From the NCBI GenBank assembly GCA_963784705.1, contig CAWASC010000010.1:290434-354433 (forward strand): a stretch of 64,000 nt of DNA. The letters run 5' to 3'. The notes under the pieces were generated by a model, which saw nothing but the letters and a program-made list of their open reading frames with translations, was not told the DNA's origin and ran no database searches. The stretch's first letter is position 1. Each line of letters opens with the position of its first letter. Below, piece after piece: positions 54,154 through 62,028 of the stretch. The position numbers were made by a program, and so were the translations under genes. This DNA is from an uncultured Actinomycetota bacterium (GTDB taxonomy: Bacteria > Actinomycetota > Actinomycetes > Mycobacteriales > SCTD01).

Positions 54154-54186
54154 GAGGGGTGAGGCTACCCGTGGTTGGGTGCGTGC

Positions 54187-55263
54187 ATGAGCGTGAACGA
54201 GTGGGTCCGCGCGCGCGTCGCGACCGGACGCGTGCACCTGGACGTCGCGGCGTGCGGACGGGTGTCGCAGGCGGTGCTCGACGCGCAGGCAGCGCACCTG
54301 CAGGTCGAGGCCGAGGCTGGCGGTTACGTCGCCGAGGCTGCCGCCGCAGCACGGCTGGACGAGGGGCGAGCGGCCCTGGGCTCGATGGTGGGGCTCGACG
54401 GCACCGCCCTCGCCTGGGCGGACAGCGGTGCGACGGCCTTCGCCACCGTGATCGACGCGTGGCCGCTCCCGGCCGGCGCGCGCGTCGGCTACCTCCCCAG
54501 CGAGTACGGCGGGAACGCGCGCGTCCTGCGCGACCGCGCGCCACGCCGCGGCTGGGAGCTCGTTCCGGTGCCGGTGGACGGTGCCGGGCGGGTGGGTGAG
54601 CTGCCGTCGGGGCTGGACCTGCTCACCTTCCCGCACATCCCGAGTCAACGGGGGGTCGTGCAGCCCGCGGCGGACGCGCTCGCCGCCGGCGTACCCGTGG
54701 TCCTGGACGTGGCGCAGTCGCTGGGGCAGACCGACGTCCCTCCCGGTGCTGCCGCCTACGTCGGCACCAGCCGCAAGTGGCTGTGCGGACCCCGCGGGGT
54801 CGGGTTCCTCGCCGTGGACCCCGCCTGGCACGACCGACTCGCCCCGCCGCCCACGCTGTTCGGGATCGAGCTCGCGGGGATGCGGCGCTTCGACCCGCCC
54901 GAGGCCAACGTCGCCGGTCGGCTGGGGCTGTCCCTGGCGGCGCGGACCTTCTCGCCGGCACTGCTCCCGGTCGTGCAGGCGGGCGCGGCGGCGGCCCGGG
55001 TGCTGCTGCAGGGGGCCGGGGGCTGGCAGGTGGTCGAGGACGTCGCGGAGCCCAGCGGCATCACGACGCTGGGGCACCCGGACGCCGACGCGGCCGCCGT
55101 ACGCGCTGCGCTGGTGGAGCGGGGGTTCGTGCTCAGCGTGGTGCCGACGACACGCGCCGACGACGTGACCGCACCGGTCCTGCGGGTCTCCACCGCGGCC
55201 TGGGTGACCCCCGGTGACCTCGAGGGGCTCGCCGCCGCGCTGGAGGCGGTCACGAGTCAGTAG
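54187..55263 (+). CDS. aminotransferase class V-fold PLP-dependent enzyme (cysteine desulfurase/lyase-like)
   Basis: 358 aa from ATG 54187 (the track ORF starts at 54175). Motifs seen: [11 protein letters not shown] and the Lys context [16 protein letters not shown]. Confidence 0.6.
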   Translation: MSVNEWVRARVATGRVHLDVAACGRVSQAVLDAQAAHLQVEAEAGGYVAEAAAAARLDEGRAALGSMVGLDGTALAWADSGATAFATVIDAWPLPAGARVGYLPSEYGGNARVLRDRAPRRGWELVPVPVDGAGRVGELPSGLDLLTFPHIPSQRGVVQPAADALAAGVPVVLDVAQSLGQTDVPPGAAAYVGTSRKWLCGPRGVGFLAVDPAWHDRLAPPPTLFGIELAGMRRFDPPEANVAGRLGLSLAARTFSPALLPVVQAGAAAARVLLQGAGGWQVVEDVAEPSGITTLGHPDADAAAVRAALVERGFVLSVVPTTRADDVTAPVLRVSTAAWVTPGDLEGLAAALEAVTSQ

Positions 55264-55273
55264 GGTCGCGCCC

Positions 55274-56359
55274 GTGACCGAACTCCTGCACAGCCCGCTG
55301 CACAGCCGCCACGTCGCCCTCGGGGCGAAGCTGGCCGACTTCGGGGGCTGGGAGATGCCCATCGAGTACCCCGGCGGTGGGGTGCTCAAGGAGCACGCCG
55401 CCGTGCGCGAGGCCGTCGGCGTCTTCGACGTCAGTCACCTCGGCAAGGGCGTGGTCCGCGGTGTCGGGGCGCTGGAGTTCGTCAACGCGCGGCTCACCAA
55501 CGACCTGCGACGCATCGGTCCGGGGCAGGCGCAGTACACCTTGTGCTGCGACCGCGAGACCGGCGGTGTCGTCGACGACCTGATCGCCTACGTCCGCAGC
55601 GACGACGAGGTCTTCCTCATCCCGAACGCCGCGAACACCTCCGCCGTCGTGGGCCTGCTGGCGGCGGACGCGCCGCAGGGCATCGAGGTCGAGGACCTGC
55701 ACACCCGGTTCGCGGTCATCGCCGTCCAGGGGCCGCGCAGTGCCGACCTCGTCGCCGCGCTCGGGCTCCCCACCGACCACGACTACATGAGCTTCACCCG
55801 GTCCGGCGACCTGACGGTCTGCCGCACCGGCTACACCGGCGAGCTCGGCTACGAGCTGCTGCCTGCCTGGGACGAGGCGGGGGCGGTGTGGGACGCCCTG
55901 CTGGAGAAGGGCGCGTCCCTGGGGGTCCTGCCGTGTGGTCTCGGGGCCCGCGACACCCTGCGCACGGAGATGGGCTACCCGCTGCACGGGCAGGACCTGT
56001 CGCTGGACATCACGCCCGTGCAGGCCAAGTCCGGGTGGGCCGTCGGGTGGGACAAGCCGACCTTCTGGGGGCGCGAGGCGCTGGTGGCGGAGAAGGCTGC
56101 CGGACCAGCGCGCAGCCTGTGGGGACTGGAGGCGCAGGACCGGGGGATCCCCCGCGGTCACATGCAGGTGCTCAAGGACGGACGTGTGGTGGGCGAGGTG
56201 ACCAGTGGGACGTTCTCCCCCACGCGCCGGGTCGGCATCGGGCTGGCGCTGCTGGAGAAGGGCACGGCCGAGGGTGACGAGGTGATGGTGGACGTACGCG
56301 GTCGGACCAGCGTGATGAAGGTCGTGAAGCCACCCTTCGTCCCCTCGCACGTGCGGTGA
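55274..56359 (+). CDS. gcvT: glycine cleavage system aminomethyltransferase T
   Basis: 361 aa from GTG 55274, within track ORF 55214..56359. Motifs seen: [31 protein letters not shown]. Confidence 0.9.
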   Translation: MTELLHSPLHSRHVALGAKLADFGGWEMPIEYPGGGVLKEHAAVREAVGVFDVSHLGKGVVRGVGALEFVNARLTNDLRRIGPGQAQYTLCCDRETGGVVDDLIAYVRSDDEVFLIPNAANTSAVVGLLAADAPQGIEVEDLHTRFAVIAVQGPRSADLVAALGLPTDHDYMSFTRSGDLTVCRTGYTGELGYELLPAWDEAGAVWDALLEKGASLGVLPCGLGARDTLRTEMGYPLHGQDLSLDITPVQAKSGWAVGWDKPTFWGREALVAEKAAGPARSLWGLEAQDRGIPRGHMQVLKDGRVVGEVTSGTFSPTRRVGIGLALLEKGTAEGDEVMVDVRGRTSVMKVVKPPFVPSHVR

Positions 56360-56366
56360 CCGGCCG

Positions 56367-56885
56367 TTGACCGACAAGGTCCTGCTCGTCGGGATGATGG
56401 GCGCAGGGAAGTCCACGGTCGGCGCCGCGCTGTCCGCGCGCCTGGGCTGGCCCTACCTCGACAACGACGCCCTCCTGGAGCGTACGGCGGGAGCGAGCGC
56501 CCCGGACCTGCTGGCGCTCGAGGGCTCGGAGGCCCTGCGCGCGGCTGAGTCGCGGGTCCTGACGCTGATGCTCGGCATGCCTGGTCCGATCATCGGCGGG
56601 GTGGCCGGCGGCGTGGTGCTCGAACCGGAGAACCGCCTGCGGTTGCTGCGATCCACCGCCCACGTGGTGTGGCTGCGCGCGTCCGTGTCGGTGTTGGCCC
56701 GCCGGGTCGGCGCGGGCCTTGGTCGCGCCCGGCTCGGGTCGCGGCCCGACGAGGCCCTCCGACTGCTGGCGGACCAGCGCAACGCCTTCTACGCCGAGGT
56801 CGCAGACCAGGTGGTGGACGTCGACGCGCTGCCCGCCGGGGCCGTCGCGAACCTGGTGCTCGAGGCCCTCGACGGTCAGGTCTGA
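56367..56885 (+). CDS. shikimate kinase-like P-loop kinase (paralogue, function uncertain)
   Basis: 172 aa starting at TTG. The P-loop is LVGMMGAGKSTVG, with DNDALLE and a Gly-rich GGVAGGVV segment. Confidence 0.65.
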   Translation: MTDKVLLVGMMGAGKSTVGAALSARLGWPYLDNDALLERTAGASAPDLLALEGSEALRAAESRVLTLMLGMPGPIIGGVAGGVVLEPENRLRLLRSTAHVVWLRASVSVLARRVGAGLGRARLGSRPDEALRLLADQRNAFYAEVADQVVDVDALPAGAVANLVLEALDGQV

Positions 56886-57661
56886 CCGAGGGCCAGCACC
56901 ACGAGGGCAACGGTCGTCGCCACCTCGCTGGCCGCGCCGAGCACGTCACCGGTCAGGCCGCCCACCCGGTGCACCGCGTGACGTCGTAGGGCCCGGGCGA
57001 CAAGCAGTCCCAGCACCAGGGCCAGGACGGCGCGCGCGGCGGCGCGGTGGCCGCTGCCCTGCCCGTCGGGGTCGACGATGGCGTAGGCGGCGAAGAGCAC
57101 CGTCGCCGCACCGATCCATGCTGCTGCGACGCGCCGCCGGACGGTCTGCGCGACCAGGGCACCCAGCCCTGAAGAGGTCGCGGCAGCGGGACCGGCGCAG
57201 GCGGAGGTGACCGCGATCCGACCCGCCGTGACCGCGAGGACCAGTGACGCCGTACCTCTGCCGTGGTCGTAGCAGGAGGCGAGGGCGGCGACCTGGGTGA
57301 GGAGCACCAGGACGAGGGTCGAGGCGCCGAGGGCACCGGTGTCGGGGGCCTTCATCACCGCCCGGGTGCCCTCCGGGTCGCGGTAGGAGCCGAGCCCGTC
57401 GGCGAGGTCGGCGAGGCCGTCGAGGTGCAGGCCACGGGTCAGCAGGGCGAGCGTGGCGACGGCCACGGAGGCCGCGAGCAGGTCGCCCCCCTGGAGCAGG
57501 CGGATCAGGTAGGCGATCGTCCCGGCGGTGAGCCCGAGCAGCACACCGACCAGGGGGGCGATCTCCATCGCCTGCCGCGCCGTCGTCCGGTCGAGGGTCC
57601 GCGGACCGCGCACGCGGGCAACGGTCAGCGTGGTGAGGGCCAGGCGCAGGCCGTCAGGCAC
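56876..57661 (-). CDS. cobS: adenosylcobinamide-GDP ribazoletransferase (cobalamin synthase)
   Basis: 261 aa, polytopic. The N-terminus is LRLALTTLTVARV.. and there is a DGLADLADG motif. It is the last gene of the cobU-cobT-cobS string. Confidence 0.8.
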   Translation of the reverse strand: MPDGLRLALTTLTVARVRGPRTLDRTTARQAMEIAPLVGVLLGLTAGTIAYLIRLLQGGDLLAASVAVATLALLTRGLHLDGLADLADGLGSYRDPEGTRAVMKAPDTGALGASTLVLVLLTQVAALASCYDHGRGTASLVLAVTAGRIAVTSACAGPAAATSSGLGALVAQTVRRRVAAAWIGAATVLFAAYAIVDPDGQGSGHRAAARAVLALVLGLLVARALRRHAVHRVGGLTGDVLGAASEVATTVALVVLALGQT

Positions 57662-58280
57662 CCAGCTGCTCCAGGCCGGTCCGGACGAGGCCGACGGCGA
57701 GGTCGGCGCTGCCGTGGGTCAGGCCAAGATCGAGCAGGGGGGTGAGTCCCAGCGCGTCGAGGGCGCGCTTGCCCGGCTCCTCCACCGGTTGCGACGCCGC
57801 GATCCACCAGCGCTCCGCCCCGGAACGCATCCGACTCGCCAGCAGGGCTGCGACCAGGGTGGTGAGCGATCCTCCGAGCAGGACGGGGGTGTGCCGCTCG
57901 GCGAGCCGGTCGAGCAGGCCGGTGAGCCGTCCGAGCAACGGGTCGCCGGCGAGCGCGTCGAGGTCGTGCACGAGCCCGCGGTCGGTACGCAGCAGGTCAC
58001 GCACCTGGACGACGGTGTCGCGCCAGTCGTCGGTGGGCGTGGTGCCCACGACGGCCACGGCGTCGAGCCCGAGCAGCGCCGCGCACACCGAGAGCGTCCG
58101 TGGGCTGGGACGGTCGGCGTCGAGCACGATCAGGTCGGCGCCCGCGTCGACGAACCGGTCTGCCTCCTCCCGCCCGGCGACGAGCCCCTGCCCGCTGGCC
58201 ACCTGCACGCGCATGACGGCGCGCGGGGAGACCGGCGGGTCGCCGAACACCCGCCGCAGCTCGTCGTCGAGCCGGCTCAT
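57654..58280 (-). CDS. short, motif-degenerate CobT-like protein (nicotinate-nucleotide:DMB phosphoribosyltransferase family, C-terminal two-thirds only)
   Basis: 208 aa from ATG 58280 (AGGAGG upstream, ATGA overlap with cobU). Similarity to CobT runs from about its residue 140 onwards (..PVLLGGSLTTLVAALLA..ALGLTPLLDLGL..), but DADRPSPRT replaces GEMGIGNTT and LTHGSAD replaces LGEGSGA. Confidence 0.55.
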   Translation of the reverse strand: MSRLDDELRRVFGDPPVSPRAVMRVQVASGQGLVAGREEADRFVDAGADLIVLDADRPSPRTLSVCAALLGLDAVAVVGTTPTDDWRDTVVQVRDLLRTDRGLVHDLDALAGDPLLGRLTGLLDRLAERHTPVLLGGSLTTLVAALLASRMRSGAERWWIAASQPVEEPGKRALDALGLTPLLDLGLTHGSADLAVGLVRTGLEQLGA

Positions 58281-59572
58281 CGCAACCTCCTGGGGTGTCC
58301 TGCGACCACCTGCACGACCTCGTCGGCAGCGCCGGCGAGAGCGGTGGTGGCTCGTCCGAGCAGGTCGGCGAACAGCCGCCCGCTCCGGGTGGGGGGGATG
58401 ACGCCGCTGCCGACCTCGGGCGCGACGAGCACGACGTGGGCCCGGGTCGCCTGCCAGGCGGTGAGGAGGCCGTCGAGGGCGCTGTCGAAGACCGCACGGG
58501 CGTCGTCGCTGTCCCAGTGGTCGTCGAGCACGACGGTGAGCCACAGACCGAGGTCGTCGACGAGCAGCGGGCCCTCGTGCGTGCGGAGAACGCCCGCCAC
58601 GTCGCAGGTCTCGAGGGTCGCCCAGGTGGCGGGGCGGCGAGCGGTGTGGGCCGCGACGCGCTTGTCCCAGTCCGGGTCGTCAGGGCGCGGCGGCGCGGTG
58701 GCGACGTACGTGACGTCGCCGCTGCCGGCGAGCAGGGCTTCGGCGTACGCCGACTTGCCGGAGCTCTGGCCGCCGAGCACGAGAACCCGCCGACCCGAGC
58801 CCCCGGTGTCGATGACCTCACCGTCGCGGGCGGCGCGTGCTCCCAGCCGGCCCAGCAGGCGGTCCAACTCGTCCGGGGGAGGGTTGTGGTGGCCGACGTG
58901 GGTGGCGAGCACCTGCGTCGCGGAGGTGATCGCCCCGACGTCGGTCAGCCGGGCGATCTGCGCCGGCCAGGTGTTCAGGGTCAGGTGCGACGGGATCGGT
59001 GTCCCGGCGAGCTCGAGCAGCACGACGTCGAACGCGGCATCGCGTACCGCCTGGACGGTCGCCTCGGGAAGCACACCGGTGTCGGTGGCGTAGAGCAGCC
59101 GGCCACCGTCGGGACCCGTGACGTCGTACAGGACCGCGTCGTCGGGGTGCTCCGCGTCCAGCACCCGGACGCAGTAACCGTCGAGGTCGTGCACGTCGCC
59201 CGGGCGGGCCTCGTACGCCGTCACCTGCGGGTCGAACGACGCGTCGGCGAGGACCTGTGGGGGAGCGAGGACCTGCAGCCGGCCGGTGCCCTCTGCCCAG
59301 GCGCGCCAGACCCAGGCCTGGGGGAAGTGATGGTCGGCGTGCCGGTGGGTGACGAGCGCGACCGTGACGCCCGCGAGCGAGACCCCCTGGCGCACGGCGG
59401 CCTGGGTGCTTGCGGGGCCGAGGTCGACCAGGACGCGCCCGTCGATCAGGGCGCTGGACTGAGCCCGGACCACGCCCTGCGCGTGCGCGGCGGTGCAGGA
59501 CGCGCACGCGCACCACGGGTTGGGCCAGCCGTCGGAGGCTCCGCTGCCGAGGACGTGGATGCGCACGGTCAC
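58277..59572 (-). CDS. cobU: fusion protein: N-terminal PhnP-like metallo-beta-lactamase-fold hydrolase + C-terminal adenosylcobinamide kinase / cobinamide-phosphate guanylyltransferase
   Basis: 431 aa. The N-terminus reads IHVLGSGASDGWPNPWCACASC.. with VTHRHADHH (HxHxDH). The C-terminus reads VLVLGGQSSGKSAYAEAL (P-loop), RVAAHTARRP (His) and VLVAPEVGSGVIP, collinear with Salmonella CobU as remembered. Confidence 0.8.
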   Translation of the reverse strand: MTVRIHVLGSGASDGWPNPWCACASCTAAHAQGVVRAQSSALIDGRVLVDLGPASTQAAVRQGVSLAGVTVALVTHRHADHHFPQAWVWRAWAEGTGRLQVLAPPQVLADASFDPQVTAYEARPGDVHDLDGYCVRVLDAEHPDDAVLYDVTGPDGGRLLYATDTGVLPEATVQAVRDAAFDVVLLELAGTPIPSHLTLNTWPAQIARLTDVGAITSATQVLATHVGHHNPPPDELDRLLGRLGARAARDGEVIDTGGSGRRVLVLGGQSSGKSAYAEALLAGSGDVTYVATAPPRPDDPDWDKRVAAHTARRPATWATLETCDVAGVLRTHEGPLLVDDLGLWLTVVLDDHWDSDDARAVFDSALDGLLTAWQATRAHVVLVAPEVGSGVIPPTRSGRLFADLLGRATTALAGAADEVVQVVAGHPRRLR

Positions 59573-59596
59573 AGCCTTCCACGTAGGGTCGGCGGC

Positions 59597-59800
59597 ATGA
59601 CGTGGACGTGGAGCTACGAGGGTCCGGACGGTGCTGCGCTGACGGACGGGCCGGACCAGCCGGACTTCCCCACGCAGGCCGATGCCGAGTCGTGGGTGGG
59701 CGAGACCTGGCGCGAGCTCAGTGCCGCAGGTGTGTCCGCCGTGACGCTGTTCGAGGGTGACCGCAAGGCCTACGGCCCCATGTCCCTCGACCCCGCCTGA
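59597..59800 (+). CDS. small acidic hypothetical protein (67 aa)
   Basis: ATG at 59597 lies within track ORF 58295..59800. The product is MTWTWSYEGPDGAALTDGPDQPDFPTQADAESWVGETWRELSAAGVSAVTLFEGDRKAYGPMSL and its composition is protein-like. Confidence 0.5.
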   Translation: MTWTWSYEGPDGAALTDGPDQPDFPTQADAESWVGETWRELSAAGVSAVTLFEGDRKAYGPMSLDPA

Positions 59801-59828
59801 CCCCTCCCGCGCTCAGCCCTCGCGTGAA

Positions 59829-59878
59829 CGGAAACGCGCGGGTAGGTCGGAGCAGACCGCGCTACCCGCGCGTTTCCG
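59829..59878. terminator. 17-bp perfect inverted repeat between convergent genes (bidirectional terminator candidate)
   Basis: CGGAAACGCGCGGGTAG-N16-CTACCCGCGCGTTTCCG, 29 nt after the small ORF stop and 28 nt after the aldo/keto reductase stop. There is no U-tract. Confidence 0.5.
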
Positions 59879-59905
59879 GTCATCACAAAGGGCACCCCGC
59901 CTGAG

Positions 59906-60901
59906 CTAGGGACGCTTGTCGGGTGAGCCGCCCTTGGTGGGGTCGAGCTCGGTGACGGCGGCGAGCACGTCGTCGACCGCCTGCTTGAGGTCCGCCGGAA
60001 GGGCCTTCGCGGCAGCGTTGTCGCGCACCTGCTCCGGCCGGGAGGCGCCGATGATCGCGGACGCGACGTTGCTGTTGCACAGCACCCAGCCGACCGCGAG
60101 CTGCGCCATCGACAGCCCGGCATCGGCAGCGAGGGGCGTGAGCTGCTGTACGGCGCTGAGCACGTCGTCGCGCAGCCACTGCTTGATCATGTTGGCGCCG
60201 CCGGCCTCGTCGGTCGCCCGGGTGCCGGCCGGCAGGTCGGCGCCGGGGAGGTACTTGCCGGTGAGCACGCCCTGCGCGAGCGGCGACCACACGATCTGCG
60301 AGACCCCGCCCGGTTCGCACACCGGGACGACCTCGCTCTCGATGACCCGCCACAGCGCGGAGTACTGCGGCTGGTTGCTCACGATGGCGTCGAGGCCCAT
60401 GTCCTTGGCCAGGTCGAGCGCCGCGGAGATCTCCGAGGCCTTCCACTCGCTGACCCCGACGTACATCACCTTGCCCGCGCGCACCAGGTCGTCAAAGGCG
60501 CGCAAGGTCTCCTCGAGCGGCGTCTCGTAGTCGTAGCGGTGCGCCTGGTACAGGTCGATGTGGTCGGTCTGCAGCCGGCGCAGCGACGCCTCGCACGACT
60601 CGATGATGTGCTTGCGCGACAGCCCGCGCTCGTTGATCCCCTTGCCCGTCGGCCAGTAGACCTTCGTGAACAGCTCGTACTCCGAGCGCTTCACTCCCGT
60701 GAGCGCCTCGCCGAGGACGGACTCGGCCTTCGTCCCGGCGTACACGTCGGCGGTGTCGAAGGTCGTGATGCCGACCTCGAGCGCCTCCTTCACGCAGGCG
60801 TGGGCGGCGTCCGCCTCGACCTGCGACCCGTGCGTCAGCCAGTTGCCGTAGCTGATCTCGCTGACCTTCATGCCGCTGCGCCCGAGGCGTCGAAACTCCA
60901 T
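59906..60901 (-). CDS. aldo/keto reductase
   Basis: 331 aa with MEFRRLGRSGMKVSEISYGNW, FDTADVYA and YQAHRYD. Confidence 0.9.
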   Translation of the reverse strand: MEFRRLGRSGMKVSEISYGNWLTHGSQVEADAAHACVKEALEVGITTFDTADVYAGTKAESVLGEALTGVKRSEYELFTKVYWPTGKGINERGLSRKHIIESCEASLRRLQTDHIDLYQAHRYDYETPLEETLRAFDDLVRAGKVMYVGVSEWKASEISAALDLAKDMGLDAIVSNQPQYSALWRVIESEVVPVCEPGGVSQIVWSPLAQGVLTGKYLPGADLPAGTRATDEAGGANMIKQWLRDDVLSAVQQLTPLAADAGLSMAQLAVGWVLCNSNVASAIIGASRPEQVRDNAAAKALPADLKQAVDDVLAAVTELDPTKGGSPDKRP

Positions 60902-60922
60902 GCTGCTGACCCTAGTGGGCGG

Positions 60923-61936
60923 TCAGTAGGGCCGCGCCTTGGCCGCGAAGCGGGGGTTGAGATCGGCCTGCCGAGTCTTCGGGAAGGCGATCGTGTCCGG
61001 GTTGCCGTCGCTGACGTAGCGCGTGGCCATCAGCTTGGGCAGCCAGTAGGTCGAGGTGAACGCCTGGTCGCCGGTGCGGCGTCCGCTGCGGATGCGCGGC
61101 ACCTCGAGCGGGTCGAACCCCTCGGCGTACGGCGAGCGCGCCGGTCCGCTCCCGACCAGCATCACCCCGGCGAAGTCGTAGCCGCTGCCGCGGTGGTCGA
61201 GGGCCGCGTTGTGCGGGTGGGCACCGAACGGCAGGGCCATCGTCGTCACGGCGATCCCGGGGACGGCGTCGGTGATCACCTTCAGCCCGGCGCGCACCTC
61301 GCTCTGCACGCCGGCGTCGGACAGCTGCCGCAGGTTCGCGTGGGTGGCGGTGTGGTCACCGATCTCCATGCCGAGGTCCGCGAGGGCCTGCAGAGCGCCC
61401 GGGGCACCGGCGAACGGCCGCTCGTTGACGTAGAAGGTCGCCACCGGCCGGTCCTCGCCGTACCTGCGTGCGACGGACTGCAGGATGCCCACGGCACAGG
61501 CCGGGTCGATGCTGCCGTCCGCCAGCGTGCGGTACTGGGAGACCGTCGAGTCGTCGAAGGTGAGGACCATCGGGGAACGGCCGGCCGGGACGTCGACACG
61601 CCCGGCGACGAGGTCCGCCGCGGTGACAGTTCTGTAGCCGGAGCGGTACAGCAGGTCGAGCTCGGCACGGAACTGCGCAGGGGTCTGGTCGTAGTCGCCC
61701 TTGGGCTGCGCGAGCAGCTGGTGGTACATGAGCACGGGTATCCGTCCGAGCTCGTCCGCGTGCACGCTCGCCGGGTCGACCGAGCTCACCGGCGTGGGCG
61801 TCGCCGTGGGGCTCACCGTCACCGTGACGCTCGGTGCCGGAGCCGTCACCGCCTCGGAGCCCGAGCCTGAACATCCGGTGACGAACAGCGCCAGCGACCC
61901 CATCGCCAGCGCCGTACGCCGGTAACCTGCGAGCAC
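60923..61936 (-). CDS. polysaccharide deacetylase (NodB-homology) lipoprotein
   Basis: GTG at 61936 is preceded by GGAGGAGG, within track ORF 60923..61999. The signal/lipobox is RRTALAMGSLALFVTGCSG, and the NodB motif 1 is VLTFDDS. Confidence 0.8.
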   Translation of the reverse strand: MLAGYRRTALAMGSLALFVTGCSGSGSEAVTAPAPSVTVTVSPTATPTPVSSVDPASVHADELGRIPVLMYHQLLAQPKGDYDQTPAQFRAELDLLYRSGYRTVTAADLVAGRVDVPAGRSPMVLTFDDSTVSQYRTLADGSIDPACAVGILQSVARRYGEDRPVATFYVNERPFAGAPGALQALADLGMEIGDHTATHANLRQLSDAGVQSEVRAGLKVITDAVPGIAVTTMALPFGAHPHNAALDHRGSGYDFAGVMLVGSGPARSPYAEGFDPLEVPRIRSGRRTGDQAFTSTYWLPKLMATRYVSDGNPDTIAFPKTRQADLNPRFAAKARPY

Positions 61937-62028
61937 GCTGCCAACCTCCTCCTCGTCCGAGGTTCCAGTGTCACCGATCGACGCGTCGCCCCCCACCAAC
62001 GCCCAGCCTGCCCCGTGAAGGACTGCTT

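Noticed and set aside
54154-55389. Upstream extension of the pepA ORF (932-aa track ORF).
   Set aside because: It is antisense to the class V aminotransferase-like gene and the gcvT start, and its composition is junk.
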